Of a stretch of 64,000 nt of DNA, positions 1 through 12,035 are shown piece after piece (the first letter of the stretch is position 1; every line of letters starts with the position of its first letter). The stretch covers positions 20,135 through 84,134 of the forward strand of contig CAVPRW010000028.1 of NCBI GenBank assembly GCA_963707985.1, in the 5' to 3' direction. The position numbers and the translations under genes are program-made. The DNA comes from an uncultured Nitrospinota bacterium (lineage in GTDB: Bacteria > Tectomicrobia > Entotheonellia > J063 > CAVPRW01). The notes beneath the pieces are model-generated. The model saw only the letters and a program-made list of their open reading frames with translations, was not told the origin of the DNA and did not search any database.

Positions 1-75
1 AAACTCCGACAAGATACGCGGAACTGGGATTTTCATGTACGCTTTTGACCACACCGGTGCCACATTGGCAGTGAG

Positions 76-1096
76 ATGGAGCCACAAATGCACGCGATCG
101 ATCGACTCAGCAAGACGTTGAAGATTTACGCGAAGTACGGATTTTTTGGCGACGGCCAGATCGGACTCGATGCTACTTCAGCCTGCCAACTGCGCTGCCC
201 AGTTTGCGTTGATGTCTGGCAACTCAAGAAAAAAGTGGGAATTGGCATGCTTTAGTTTGCAGACTTTAAGAGCTTTGTTGATCGTTATTGGAGAGTTCGA
301 TGTGATCGAACTCTCCAATAACGGTGAAATCTTTATGAATCCGGAAATTGATAAAATTATCCAGTAGGCACATGAAAAGGGAATATGGCTTACAGCTTTA
401 AACGGTGTGAATTTTAATAATGTTAAAGATGAAACACTGAAAAATCTTGTCAAATATTCGTTTGGAGCGATGAAGGTGTCGATTGATGGAGCGACGCAGT
501 CGACGTATCAGAAGTATCGCGTCGGGGGCCGTCTCGAAAATATGCTTAATAACATACGGAAGCTCAACGAATATAAAAGGATGTTCAATTCCGAACACTC
601 CCACCTCATTTGGAAATTTATCTTGTTTGCTCACAATGAGCACGAGGTATCCCTGGCGCAAGAAATGGGTGGAGAGCTTGGAATGGGATTTCAGCTTACA
701 GAGAATGCCGACCCCGAATACGTCTCTTCAGGTCACACTCCAAGCTATGAAACGCATTACGAGCCTCTGCCTCAACTACCGGCGTACGGTACTCATTTTT
801 GCTTACAGATGTTTACAGCACCAATGATCAGCTGGGATGGCCGGCTCTTCGGTTGCTGTATCAACTCGACCGAAAATGACTATGGAAATGTTTTCAAATC
901 AGGACTCAAAGCGTGTATCAGCAGTAAAAGATACCAGTATGCTCTGAAGATGCTACGAGGGGAAAAACAATCTCGTGCTGATATTCCTTGTACTGGATGC
1001 TTCATTTATAGGGTGATGCGAGAAAGCGGTAAATATATCGCTCAATTAAATGTTCTCACTTTAATGAAGAAGGCTATCAAACCTGTACTCATTTGA
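76..1096 (+). pseudogene. Radical SAM/SPASM-domain protein, disrupted
   Basis: CxxxCxxC (CQLRCPVC) at 184-207 in a frame starting ATG 76 and stopping at TAG 253-255. The reading shifts frame into ELSNNGEIFMNP, hits another TAG at 365-367, then continues as ORF 407-1096 with SIDG and SPASM-like C...GRLFGCC...CTGC. Confidence 0.8.
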
Positions 1097-1450
1097 TTGA
1101 AATAAATGTCGATTAAAGAACTACTTGAACCATGAGAATTCAAGGGTGAATATGCTATTTGAATACTTATGACTTGACATAGTTCAATGGCCGATCTTAT
1201 AGGCGAAGGGCAGGCACAGCATATGAATACCAGGAAATTCATTGACGCTGTGATAGTCGTAGCCCATAGAGTTTCCAATAGCATTAAGCTTAGAAATTGT
1301 AATAGATACCATGCGGATGGTGATTGGTTGTCTGCTCGACCGATAGTGAGCTTCAGTAAGAATGTCGATTCCCCGGTCGATTATGTAGAGCTATTAATAG
1401 ATTGTATAGGAAAGAAATAGCTCAAAATTAAAGAGATCAAAATCGATTCG

Positions 1451-2164
1451 ATGACAAGTATGGACACTTCCACTAAGCGGTTTTCATTCCTAGTGGATGT
1501 GCTGCGGCAAGTTCCGCCAATCGAATTATCGAGCGCCGCAGAGATTGCCCTTATTGCCGATTGTTATCGTGGAAATCTGCAACCTATCGAGGGGAACGCG
1601 TGGGTAGGTGACGTCCGCTCTCATTTCAGGATGTCCTCATCGTTCGGAACCAAAGGTAGAATCCTCACCACAGTGGTTCGTTTCACTCAGAGCAAGGAAT
1701 GTCTGGAACTGGGAACAGTCTATGGAATGTCTGCTCTATTTATCCTCGAGGCCCTTAAGGCACCAGGTACAGAGACTCATTTGACCACCCTTGAAGGAGG
1801 GGAACCACAGTTCTCCATGTCATCCAAAATCCTTAGAAATCGCTATGGCAATCACGTGTCCTGTGAATTCGGTCGGATTCAGGTAGGGCTGCCAAGAATA
1901 GTGAAGACTCTCGAACATGTGGATTTTCTGTTTCATGACGCAGGACATTCGAAGGATGATTATACCAGGGATTTCCGCACAGTGTTGCCGATCTTGGCGC
2001 CAGGTGCCGTTGTCCTCATTGATGACATCCGGTGGGAGGACCCCCGGTTTTTTCAGGGAAATCCCCGTTGTTATGAGGGCTGGATGGAAGTACTTAACCA
2101 CAGCAGAGTGCGTCGAGCTGTAGAAATTAATGATACGATGGGTTTACTGCTGTTAGGGGAATAG
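1451..2164 (+). CDS. Class I SAM-dependent methyltransferase (Methyltransf_24-like)
   Basis: LELGTVYGMS motif I; DFLFHDAGH; LAPGAVVLIDD. Confidence 0.85.
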   Translation: MTSMDTSTKRFSFLVDVLRQVPPIELSSAAEIALIADCYRGNLQPIEGNAWVGDVRSHFRMSSSFGTKGRILTTVVRFTQSKECLELGTVYGMSALFILEALKAPGTETHLTTLEGGEPQFSMSSKILRNRYGNHVSCEFGRIQVGLPRIVKTLEHVDFLFHDAGHSKDDYTRDFRTVLPILAPGAVVLIDDIRWEDPRFFQGNPRCYEGWMEVLNHSRVRRAVEINDTMGLLLLGE

Positions 2165-2414
2165 AAGAAAGACAAATCACTCCCTTGCTCATGCCGCGGG
2201 GTGTGTCCTTTCTTTGGTCGCCTGTGTGGGCGTTATTCTTGTTCTGCTCCCACCCTCTGCTGTCCCGCCGACGAGACATCCAGCTCCTCTCCTGAATCGT
2301 CCAGAGACTCTGACGGCGTTAACGCAGCGCGACGTCAGAGGCCGTCCACTGGGCGGGGATCCACTCATCAGCCTCCAAACTCTTGATCTTCTCCTGATTG
2401 TCTTGGAGTAGTCG

Positions 2415-3188
2415 ATGCGACGCGTGCTTATTACCGGAGCCGCCGGTCGGATCGGTCGCGAGATCGTCGATGAGCTAGCTGGTTCACACGAGCTGTGCTT
2501 ACTCGATTGCCGGCCGGTGCCCGGTCGAGCGGCAATGGTCGCGGACCTTGCAAATTATGATGGAAGAGCCCGCGTCAGCCCATGGTCCTGGACGGTACCT
2601 CGTCGGTGGCGAGATGCTTTCCAAGGGATAGAAGTAGTCATTCACCTCGCCGAAAATCCGGACAATCAGGCGAGCTGGCGGCAAGCACTTCATAACAACC
2701 TGCAATCGACTTGGAACGTCCTGCAGGCCTGCGTGCAGCATCGGGTACGCCGTGTGATCTATGCCAGCTCCAATTGGGCGGTGAAGGCACTGGAGTTGGA
2801 ATTGGCACCCACATGTTACCTGCCCGACGGACCTAAGATCGGTTCAGAAGCCCAACCACGCCCCAAAAATCCCTATGGGATTGCCAAAGCCTGCGCAGAA
2901 ATAACCGGCCGCACGCTAGTAGACGAGCAACAATTGCCTTCTTTCGTGGCCGTGCGGATCGGCTGGTACCGCCCGGGCACTCCATCGACGAATGAAGACT
3001 ACCAACAGCTAGGGATTGGTGCACAGGACCTTCGTATGCTATTCCGGCGCTGCGTGGAGGCTGATTTTGAGGGATTTCACGTCGTCTATGGCGTCTCTGC
3101 TCAGGAAACAGCGCCGTACGATCTGTCATATACTCATCGCCTTCTTTCCTGGAAGCCACAGCACTTGCCATGGCAGGTGGCCGAATAG
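2415..3188 (+). CDS. NAD-dependent epimerase/dehydratase (extended SDR)
   Basis: VLITGAAGRIG; YASS; YGIAK catalytic motif. Confidence 0.9.
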   Translation: MRRVLITGAAGRIGREIVDELAGSHELCLLDCRPVPGRAAMVADLANYDGRARVSPWSWTVPRRWRDAFQGIEVVIHLAENPDNQASWRQALHNNLQSTWNVLQACVQHRVRRVIYASSNWAVKALELELAPTCYLPDGPKIGSEAQPRPKNPYGIAKACAEITGRTLVDEQQLPSFVAVRIGWYRPGTPSTNEDYQQLGIGAQDLRMLFRRCVEADFEGFHVVYGVSAQETAPYDLSYTHRLLSWKPQHLPWQVAE

Positions 3189-3333
3189 ACGAAGCCATTG
3201 CCACTTGCCTTTGGCCATTGCTCTCGAAACCAGATACGAGGCAACATCGCGGCCACATGTCGAGTGATAGAATTTCGGGATAAGCTGGATTCTGCAGGGA
3301 AGGTTAAAGCTGAGTCATTATCTTTCGGAAACG

Positions 3334-4590
3334 TCATGAGCGAGCCACGCCCGGAGAATTTCCCAACATCATTCTGCTGAGCGTTCGGCGCATCACCTCA
3401 TGAGTATAGTGCTCGACAAGACATGCAAAAGCATTCGTGGTTAAGCTGGCTGAGAGCTGCTTATCCTCCATCAGCCGGCAGCACTGTTCAGCAAAGTGCT
3501 GCGGTTGGTCGGCAATGAGGAGGTCGTGCTCGTCCTTGACCTCGAGCCCTTCAGCGCCAATGGAGGTGCTGACCACGGGCCGTTTAAAGCTAAACGCTTC
3601 GAGGACTTTTATGCGGGTGCCACCGCCAGCACGGAGCGGCACGACCACCGCATCGGCCTGGTCATAGTATGGTGCCAGCTCACTGACCCACCCCATATAC
3701 CGGTATTCGGGAATATCTCGATAGTGCCGCAAACGCATACTCTGCCCAGAGCCTATGACGGTAAAGCAAAAAGGGTGTTTCGCCCGTTGGCGCAGACGGG
3801 GGAGCACGTGTTCCAGAAAATACACCACGGCATCTTCATTGGGATAATACGACAGATTCCCGACGAATAGAAAAGTAAAAGAACCGCCGATTTTGGCAGG
3901 GCGAGGATCTGCAGGCAGCTGTATAACGTTTGGCAAGACAACGATATTTTGCCCATCAACGTGGGTGGTTAATTGGTTTTTATCTGGCTCGGAACACACA
4001 TAGATGCCGTCAAACCGCGGCAGCAGTTCTCGTTCGAGCCTGGCATACATCTCCGCCGCCTGCTGCTCCCGCCGTGCTTGAGTGTACAGGCCGCTTGTAC
4101 GGTAGAGGTCGGCGAGTCGGCGTCGTGTATTGGATTCGATATCGTCCAGATCGAGGTAACAGGCTCGGAGATGTTTCTGCGTGTGCAGATAGGGCATGGC
4201 AAACGGTGCCATATAGAGCCGAAATACATGTACATAATCGAAGCGAATGTTTTGAAAAGCCTGGGCCGCCTTGCAGATCATGCGCGCGGAAGCGTATCGC
4301 CATTCAGCGGGGCGACATGGCTGTGTCCGGACGCTTTGCAGCATGTTGCCCAGACGGACCATGCGGTGGCAAAACTTTGAAATGTGCACCACGCAATGTT
4401 GGCGACACCACGGACGTATCCGAGGGGACAGAGACGTGCGATACGGATCGTGGATGGGGATGATCAGCAGATACACCTGACAGAAAGCAGCTAAGCCTTC
4501 CAGCACAGCACCTGCTCGCATGGCCAGACCATATCCCGTTGCATCCGGAAACACCGGGCTCACAAAGAGCAGCGTGGGTACGGTCGACAT
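3334..4590 (-). CDS. Glycosyltransferase family 4
   Basis: FVGNLSYYPN; GGGTRIKVLEAF; PVVSTSIGAEGL. Confidence 0.9.
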   Translation of the reverse strand: MSTVPTLLFVSPVFPDATGYGLAMRAGAVLEGLAAFCQVYLLIIPIHDPYRTSLSPRIRPWCRQHCVVHISKFCHRMVRLGNMLQSVRTQPCRPAEWRYASARMICKAAQAFQNIRFDYVHVFRLYMAPFAMPYLHTQKHLRACYLDLDDIESNTRRRLADLYRTSGLYTQARREQQAAEMYARLERELLPRFDGIYVCSEPDKNQLTTHVDGQNIVVLPNVIQLPADPRPAKIGGSFTFLFVGNLSYYPNEDAVVYFLEHVLPRLRQRAKHPFCFTVIGSGQSMRLRHYRDIPEYRYMGWVSELAPYYDQADAVVVPLRAGGGTRIKVLEAFSFKRPVVSTSIGAEGLEVKDEHDLLIADQPQHFAEQCCRLMEDKQLSASLTTNAFACLVEHYTHEVMRRTLSRMMLGNSPGVARS

Positions 4591-4716
4591 CACGCATTCC
4601 CTTTCACACAAACCCAGCCACGTGGCTTGGTGCCTTCCCAATCGGGCTTATCATGTGGCGTCAATTCCCTGGACGCATTGCACTCTCTTGAGTCATGAGG
4701 GCTAAAGGGAGCATAC

Positions 4717-5593
4717 ATGATATTCTCAGTCATTGTACCGTTTCTCAATGAAGAGCGCTTGATCGAGCAGTGCATCCACTCTTTGCAAAATCAGCAGTTT
4801 GATAAGAATTTGTACGAGCTTCTTTTTATTGATAACGGTTCGGTTGATCGATCGACAGAAATTGTCCGCCAGTATCAGAGTATCAAATTGCTGTACGAAC
4901 CACGTCGAGATCCGTATCTCGCCCGGAATCGCGGTATCGAGACAGCTCGGGGGCAATATCTCGCGTTCACGGACGCCGATTGCCTCATAGACGGACATTG
5001 GCTAGCTGAGCTCCAGCATGGGTTGGAAGAGTTGAATGCCGCGATCGTCCTGGGTCGCGTACTCTATCCATCGCCCACGTCCATTTTTCTCAAAGGTTAT
5101 GAGCACTATTATCATACGAAACTCGCCTACTTATTCCACCACAAAATTCAGCAGTGCTACTATGGTCACGCTGGCAATATGGCCATCAGAGCATCCGTCT
5201 TTGATGCGGTCGGGTTGTTTTCCGGGATGCCAATTGTCGGGTGATACCGAAATTATCCATAAATTGCTGCAACGGGACCCGAAGGCTACGATAGGCTACG
5301 CCCCGGAAGCACAGGTAGTCCATGCGGAAGTCCGTCATTTTGGGCAATGTTTATACAAGTTGTTTGAGTGTGGGCAATATTCGGAGACGTATAGCAAATG
5401 TAGTCTGTATCGCCCTCTACATTTCGGAGAGAGGTTTCAGGTGCTCAAAACTTGCATGGCCGACTATCATCATGACTCCGGTATGATCCTGACATTGGCA
5501 GGCACCCTGCTTATGGGATATCTCAGTTTTGAAGCAGGGCGCGGCGTGCGGCGCTTGCACGCCATATTCTCCTGCGGGGCAAGAGAACGGTGA
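4717..5593 (+). pseudogene. Glycosyltransferase family 2, single frameshift at ~5240 (possibly a sequencing error)
   Basis: SVIVPFLNE, IDNGSVD, ARNRG, FTDADC in ORF 4717-5244; continues as DTEIIHKL...VVH in the adjacent frame to 5593 (GTCGGGTGATACC has one extra G). Confidence 0.85.
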
Positions 5594-6531
5594 GGCGTGA
5601 CAAGATACCGATCGTCGGGGATTTTCTCCTCGACCGTATGCGGTTAGGGCATAAGCCCGCTGATGTGCTACAGGGCACCCGCCAGCGCAGCTCCTGGCGC
5701 AGTCAGGCGCGCGACCCTGAAACCTTGATCCACCCGGCGCGTGACAGCCTTAAGCAGTACGTACGCGAACTGTGGCAGTACTCCAGCCTCGTCTACTTGC
5801 TGTTGTGGCGCAATATCAAGCTCCGCTACCACCACACCATCATCGGCGCGGCGTGGGCGATTCTGCAACCACTGCTCACCATGGTGATCTTCAGTGTCCT
5901 GTTTGGCAGGCTGGTCAAGGTGCCCACGGGAGGGCTGCCGTATCCGGTTTTCGCGCTGAGCGCGTTGGTGCCCTGGACATATTTCGTGCATGCCTTGACG
6001 TTGTCGACCAGGTGCCTGATAGAGCACCAAGATCTCCTGACAAAGGTGTATTTCCCGCACCTGATTCTGCCGCTGGTGGCTGTGCTGGAGGCAGCGATTG
6101 ACTTTTGCATGGCTTTCATGCTCTTGCTCCCCATGATGCTGGTTTATGGGATTACGCCGAGTGGGCATCTCTTGTGGCTACCGCTGCTGATGTTGCTGCT
6201 CATGGCCACAGTGCTGGGCGCGGGGTTGTGGTTAGCTGCGCTCAATTTGAAATACCGGGACATCCTGAACGCGCTGCCATTCATGACCCAGGTGCTCCTC
6301 TTCGTGACGCCGGTAGCGTATTCCAGCGATTTGATACCTGACGCATGGCGCACGGTTTACGCATTGAACCCACTGTCCGGAGTGATGGAAGGGTTTCGCT
6401 GGACGCTGCTTGGCAACGCTGCAGTCACGGGCGTTTCCCTGGCGGTTTCCATTCTCGCCGGGGCGTTCTTGCTCGTAAGCGGCTTCATCTTTTTTCGCAG
6501 CCGGGAAGATTATTTTGCGGATGAGGTATAA
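5590..6531 (+). CDS. wzm: Polysaccharide ABC exporter permease
   Basis: IKLRYHHTIIGAAWAILQPL, KVYFP, YRDI, LNPLSGVMEGFR: ABC-2 (RfbA/TagG) signatures. Confidence 0.9.
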   Translation: MRRDKIPIVGDFLLDRMRLGHKPADVLQGTRQRSSWRSQARDPETLIHPARDSLKQYVRELWQYSSLVYLLLWRNIKLRYHHTIIGAAWAILQPLLTMVIFSVLFGRLVKVPTGGLPYPVFALSALVPWTYFVHALTLSTRCLIEHQDLLTKVYFPHLILPLVAVLEAAIDFCMAFMLLLPMMLVYGITPSGHLLWLPLLMLLLMATVLGAGLWLAALNLKYRDILNALPFMTQVLLFVTPVAYSSDLIPDAWRTVYALNPLSGVMEGFRWTLLGNAAVTGVSLAVSILAGAFLLVSGFIFFRSREDYFADEV

Positions 6532-6534
6532 GGA

Positions 6535-7428
6535 GTGAACGGCTTCGCCATTAGAGTCGAAGGCCTCGGAAAGCGGTTCAAGCTGGGACAGAAGCGTGGC
6601 TCAGCAAGCCATCTTCGCGGCTTGCTGGAAGGGGCTGTGCGCATGCCCTTTCAGCGCTTGAAGGCTGAGCCGGAACAGAGCCTACAGCGCTACGTCTGGG
6701 CCTTAAAGGATGTGTCATTCAGCCTCCGGCAGGGAGAAGTATTGGGCCTGCTCGGTAACAACGGCGCAGGAAAATCCGTGCTGTTGAAAGTACTCGCCCG
6801 CATTACCAAACCGACCGAAGGCTATGCTCGGGTTCGTGGTCATATTGGCGCCATGCTCGAGGTCGGCGCCGGCTTTCACCCGGAGCTGACCGGGCGCGAG
6901 AACATCTACTTGAGCGGCACCATCCTCGGTATGAACCGTGCCGACATTAGCCGCCAGTTCGACGAAATCGTCAGCTTCTCCGGGGTCGAGCAGTTCCTAC
7001 ACACGCCGATCAAGCATTATTCCAGCGGCATGCGCGTGCGCCTTGCGTTTGCCATTGCCGCCCAGCTTGATACGCAGATTCTCCTGGTCGATGAAGTCCT
7101 GTCAGTGGCCGACGATGCTTTTCGCGAGCTGTGTATCGCCAAGTTGAAGCAGGCGGCAGAAACAGGCAAAACCATTCTGATCGTCAGCCATGATCTGAGC
7201 CTGATCGCCAGACTCTGTCACCGCGCGCTACTTCTCAAAGCTGGGAGTATCGTGATGGACGATACGGTCCCGTGCGTGATGCGCAGTTATCTTGCCGCGA
7301 ACAGTGCGCCTGGAAACACCACGGAAAAATCTCCTAGCGCACACTTTCTTACTTCTGAGGGGCGGGGGGACTTACCTTCCACTACTGCCACTTCTATGGC
7401 TCCTTCCAAACCATACAGGACATCATAG
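6535..7428 (+). CDS. wzt: Polysaccharide ABC exporter ATP-binding subunit
   Basis: Walker A GNNGAGKS; GFHPELTGRENI; YSSGMRVRLAF; LLVDE; VSHD. Confidence 0.92.
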   Translation: MNGFAIRVEGLGKRFKLGQKRGSASHLRGLLEGAVRMPFQRLKAEPEQSLQRYVWALKDVSFSLRQGEVLGLLGNNGAGKSVLLKVLARITKPTEGYARVRGHIGAMLEVGAGFHPELTGRENIYLSGTILGMNRADISRQFDEIVSFSGVEQFLHTPIKHYSSGMRVRLAFAIAAQLDTQILLVDEVLSVADDAFRELCIAKLKQAAETGKTILIVSHDLSLIARLCHRALLLKAGSIVMDDTVPCVMRSYLAANSAPGNTTEKSPSAHFLTSEGRGDLPSTTATSMAPSKPYRTS

Positions 7429-7490
7429 CGCACAACCTTGGTGCTATGATCATGACATCGAGAAGCAATGGCCGGACAGGCCATGGATAG

Positions 7491-8699
7491 ATGCGGCGCA
7501 CTGCGTCTGGAGGGACGTCGTCGATGCGGGGGATCAAGTACGTTTGGGAGGTATGGCGTTCGGGCTACGGGCAGGCAGCACGGGCCTACATGCGGGGCCT
7601 TCGGCGCGCCGGCATTCCGCTCACCTGCACGCCGATGGTTTCCGGCAAGCGCTGGGGCTTATGGCTAGAGCCATACGACGCCAGGGAGTTCCCGGACGAA
7701 GAGTTTGGCGACCTGTGCAATCTCCCGATCGAGTATGACACCGTCATCGTCCACCTCACACCCGAGTACTATTCCCACTGGCGCGCCCTGGAGGCGGGCA
7801 AGAACATGGTTGGGATGACCGTGTGGGAAACGGATACCCTGCAGGCCCACTGGCCGGAAACGCTCAACTGCATGGACGCGCTGATCGTCCCCTGTCACTG
7901 GAACCGAGAGGTCTTCCTGGCCAATGGTATTACGCCACCGATCGGCGTCGTGCCCCACATCTATGACACGCCGCGCCACGGTCGGCCGCCTTATCTGGAC
8001 GGCGTGCGAGATGACGACTTTGTATTTTACACCATCGGGGCGTGGACTGAGCGAAAAGGCATGCATCTCACGCTCGCAAGCTATTTGCAAGCGTTCACGG
8101 GCGACGATAGGGTCGTGCTCGTGCTCAAGACCTCCAATTTGAACGAGCGCCGGCGGCGCTACACCCGCCGCTGGTGGTTCGTCATGCGACACATCGACTC
8201 GACACGGCGGGAGATTCACCGTATGCGCCGCGAGCATCCGTCCCCGGCCCGCGTGTTGGCGCTTATGGAGCCGCTCTCCGACGCCGAGATGCACGGTCTG
8301 CACCTCCGTGGCGACTGCTACGTGTCACTGACTCGGGCAGAGGGCTGGGGGCTTGGCGCGTACGAGGCAGCCTTCGCCGGCAATCCGGTCATCATGACGG
8401 GGCATGGAGGACAATTGGAGTTCTTACCGGACAGGCTCGGCTACCTGGTCGACTACCAGCTAATTCCGGTGGAACTGAGTGGCGGACCTGACGCCCCCTT
8501 TCGGGGCCATCGCTGGGCGGCGCCGGACCTCGCCCACGGCGCGCGGCTGATGCGGGACGTCTTCACCCACCCCGAGGCGGCGCGGGAACGGGGCCGGCGA
8601 CTTCAGGCTTTCGTGCGCGAGAAGTTCGAGGCAGAGAAGATCATTCAGGAGTTGCTGGCGTTTCTCGAAGCCGTACTCAAGCCTCAAGTCTCGCCCTGA
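7491..8699 (+). CDS. Glycosyltransferase (GT4/GT-B)
   Basis: SGYGQAAR; TVWETD; YVSLTRAEGWGLGAYEA; PVIMTGHGG. Confidence 0.88.
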   Translation: MRRTASGGTSSMRGIKYVWEVWRSGYGQAARAYMRGLRRAGIPLTCTPMVSGKRWGLWLEPYDAREFPDEEFGDLCNLPIEYDTVIVHLTPEYYSHWRALEAGKNMVGMTVWETDTLQAHWPETLNCMDALIVPCHWNREVFLANGITPPIGVVPHIYDTPRHGRPPYLDGVRDDDFVFYTIGAWTERKGMHLTLASYLQAFTGDDRVVLVLKTSNLNERRRRYTRRWWFVMRHIDSTRREIHRMRREHPSPARVLALMEPLSDAEMHGLHLRGDCYVSLTRAEGWGLGAYEAAFAGNPVIMTGHGGQLEFLPDRLGYLVDYQLIPVELSGGPDAPFRGHRWAAPDLAHGARLMRDVFTHPEAARERGRRLQAFVREKFEAEKIIQELLAFLEAVLKPQVSP

Positions 8700-9244
8700 T
8701 CACCCTGATCACATTGAAGAAGTTATGAAGTCGCTTCTAACGAAATTGCTAGATATGATTTTTACTACCTAATCCATCAGGTGGCACATCGTTATAACTT
8801 ATCAGGAGCTATCTGTATTGTATCAGAGACGCTGCCCTTCTCTATGGCAGATGATTGGATCATGCGTTCTATTGACCTTGATTTTGGTCATTGCTAGTAC
8901 TTGTATTGAAAACGGCTTTTTTGCTAAACCTTCTTTGGCAAAAACAACCTGTTTTATCAATTTTATATAGTTTTTGGAACTTAATTCTGCTCTAAATATA
9001 AACTCTCTTCTCCGGATCAATCGCCTCTTTCGAGCTTGTCAATTGAGCTTGATCCTGCTTATTTTTCAGGTTTTATCCGTAGCACAAATTATTCTGTCCG
9101 AGACCTTTCTTGGGATCATTGCAGCACTCAATATCTCATATTGCCTGCTTATCCAATACCTTCGCCAAAACTGGAGACGAGGTAGGGCAGCTGAGCACCG
9201 TGTCAAGAGGGAGCTGAGGCAGGGCGGCGGTACCGTGTAGAATA

Positions 9245-10492
9245 TGGATTCCCCCATCCATCTCGACAAGAGGAGCCACCGCCCATGCCGGAGATGATCA
9301 TTGTGTGAGCATGCTGACGCCAGTGTCGTGCTCCTACCACGCGGCGCCGACTCCGTCGGATGACAGAAGCGATGCTGTCGATGACCGGACGCGTGACGAT
9401 GCGGGGCATTGCGCGCTGGGCCGGCCGAGGTGGTCGTGACGAAAGCGGGCCAGCAGACCCATGGCTTGGGTCGGTTGTTTTCCTCCCTGTAGGGGAAACA
9501 AGTCCCTGGGCTGGGTTTTTTGCGTGTATCCCGGCTGCGTGTGAAACATCGCACCTCGTACCCGGTCATGATGGCACAACTGGCTCAGCCGCATATCGAG
9601 CTCCCTCAAGCGGTGTCCAAGCCCAAGTCCCAGGGGAAACGGGGGCGCCCGCACGGCAGCAAGAATCAGCCTCGGCGAGACGTGGTGTGGAGCACCTCTC
9701 GGCGTTTCGTTCAAGAGACGATCAAGCGCTTACTCGAGGTGATTGGCGCTCACGTGCAGGTGAGGTACTGTGTCGTTGATGGAGCCTTTGGCCATCACGA
9801 TGCCCTGCCAATGGTCAGACACTTCAGTTGACATGTGATTTCCAAACGACGTCATGATGCCGCCCTGTATTTCTCCTATGATGGGAGGTCTGCTGGACGT
9901 GGGAAGCGTAAAAAGTATGGTACAAAGCTGGCGTAACGCAAGATCGATGCGGAGTCTTTGAAAGAATCGTCTGTAGAAAAAGATATCGAGACGAGAATCT
10001 AGCAGATGGCGTGATGGCAGAAGAAATTTGCTGATTTGCTCAATATGGTGGTGATGATGAAAACACATCTACACACACAAGCGGTTGCTCGTGTCGGCTT
10101 ATGCAGTCGTGACTTGGAGCTTCCGTATCATCACTTGCTTGACGATGATCGTTGACGTTTCCAGCTGGAGTTCAATGTTCGCGATGCCAAACAATATTGG
10201 GGCCTGGAAGATTTCATGACGGTGAACGAAACGCCGGTGTACAACAGTGCGAACCTAGCCATGTTCATGGTCAATGTCTCTCATGCCTTGATGCGCCCGA
10301 TGCACACGCATTGGCCGGAGTTCAGTGTGAACGACCGGCAAGCCTGGTGGTGCAGCAAGAAATATGTGGTGGAAACCTTACAATTGCTTCCGGAAATGCC
10401 GGAGCCGATTTTTATTGATCAGGCGATTGCCCAAGTGGCTAGACTTGGGCGGGTGAACCATGTCGTCAACCCCCTCTAAATGGCGAAGGTAT
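9245..10492 (+). mobile_element. Degenerate DDE transposase (IS4-superfamily-like) remnant
   Basis: Fragments MTEAMLSMTGRVTMRGIARW, KRGRPHGSKN, VVDGAFGHH, FQLEFNVRDAKQYWGLEDFM, separated by many stops and frameshifts. Confidence 0.7.
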
Positions 10493-10606
10493 TATCATCC
10501 AGATAACCTTTTTATTGGCTCAAATTGCATGGGCCTATTTCTCACCTCTTCCTAGTTTGGCCATTGGCTGGAAATGGACTTTTTCCGGAGATAGGACCTC
10601 ATGCGC

Positions 10607-11821
10607 GGTAGCTCCACAGCTAGCCGTGGTCCCCGTACCACCGCTCAATAAGACGTTTGAGCGCATGTGAGGGACGCCCACGTGGCTTGGGTGGCGTCCA
10701 ACGAGGTGGCGGCACGAGCTACGACAACCGTTCTCGCACACTCCAGCCATGATCCGTGATCCCGGTGGCCATCGCCGATGTTGTCGCACTCCCGACGCGG
10801 CCCAGACTCGCGTGCGGGGTACAAACGTTATAGACCGTGCCGATCAGATACATCCCATGCTGGAGCGTCAGCGGGCGCCGCGCCAGCGCCCGCCCGCGAC
10901 GGGTCAGCGCTGCCAGCCGTTCGCGGCATGTGGCGTTGAGTCGCTCGATGTAGGCGGTGTTGATCACCCCGTCCCCGTGCGAGCGACGCCGGCGCGTCTC
11001 GACACGTGCGGGTGTACCAGCCACGATGCGACGCTCGACGTCGACCACGCGCCGCTGTGCGTCACGCTTCACGACCTGCGCCATGTAGAGGTGGCGCCAG
11101 GGGCGCCACCTCGGGCGCCCCTGGACGCCCGTATACACCGGCTCCCGAAAGGTCTCGCGAATCGCCCGTATAGACGAGCACAAGCCGTCCGTACGGAACA
11201 AGAGCGGGCGGTGCGCGGCACAGCGGCGCACTCGCTCAATGAGCCGGCGAATCAGCGGCATGTCACGCTGCGCACTGACCTCACCGGCGAGACACAAGCG
11301 GGTTCGGACCATCATCGCCAGGGCCATCCACACGATACCGCCCTGCGTCTTCACGCGGATCTCGTCGGCTTGGACGTGTCCCAGGTCACGGGGTTGCTCG
11401 ACCACATACGCTTGGACGGCCTGGCCCTGCTGGCCGGCGCGGGCCCACCAATCTGCCACCGTCCGCTCATCGAGCCTAAAAGCCGCGACGATAGCTTGCA
11501 ACGGGCAGCCGTGCGCGAGCCACGTCACCACGATCCCCACCAGCTCAGCCGCGGTACGCAGCCGGTAGAAGACGGTGCCTTTCGTCGCGGTGAAGGTTTT
11601 GTGGCACTGCTTGCAGATACACCGCTGCTCTTTACGCGAATGGATGCCAATATTCCCTTGGCCTCTTCGGCCTCTGGCGGGACACGCCCGATTGGGACAA
11701 AATGTTGTTGTGGGGTCCATGACCGTCCTCCTGGTGGTGCTGGGGAGCATACCAGGAAGAGTATGTCTGGACCCCCGTTTTCATGCAAGCGCACCTCACC
11801 ACGGTTTAGTGTGGAGCTACC
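10607..11821 (-). mobile_element. IS1-family-like insertion sequence; transposase 10719-11720 with premature stop
   Basis: 24-bp terminal inverted repeats GGTAGCTCCACAgctAgCCGTGGT and GGTAGCTCCACActaAaCCGTGGT (20/24); N-terminal Zn ribbon (CPNRAC...CKQC), HTH, QADE...TDG...IERLN. No target duplication visible. Confidence 0.8.
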
Positions 11822-12035
11822 GAGTCACACGCTGACCTTTCTTGATGTCGTGTTCCGGCTCCCCTCGCCTCTGCTTGGAAACCGCTGGTAGCCTTTGGTT
11901 GGCCGTCAGGTGCTTGATGGGAATTCGTCGCCGTGAGAGGGAGAACCGTTGAGATGCCTGATCCAATGGGCTTTGACCAAGACCTCTGTAGGCCTCGATC
12001 ACAGCCAACCATCGAAGCTGGCCGCAAACCACGCC

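Noticed and set aside
8700..9200. AT-rich short ORFs
   Set aside because: No identifiable product; probably decayed foreign DNA
10749..11891. 380-aa plus-strand ORF (and similar long ORFs at 37226-38488, 43383-44504, 60437-61600)
   Set aside because: These are antisense shadows of real high-GC genes with no domain motifs
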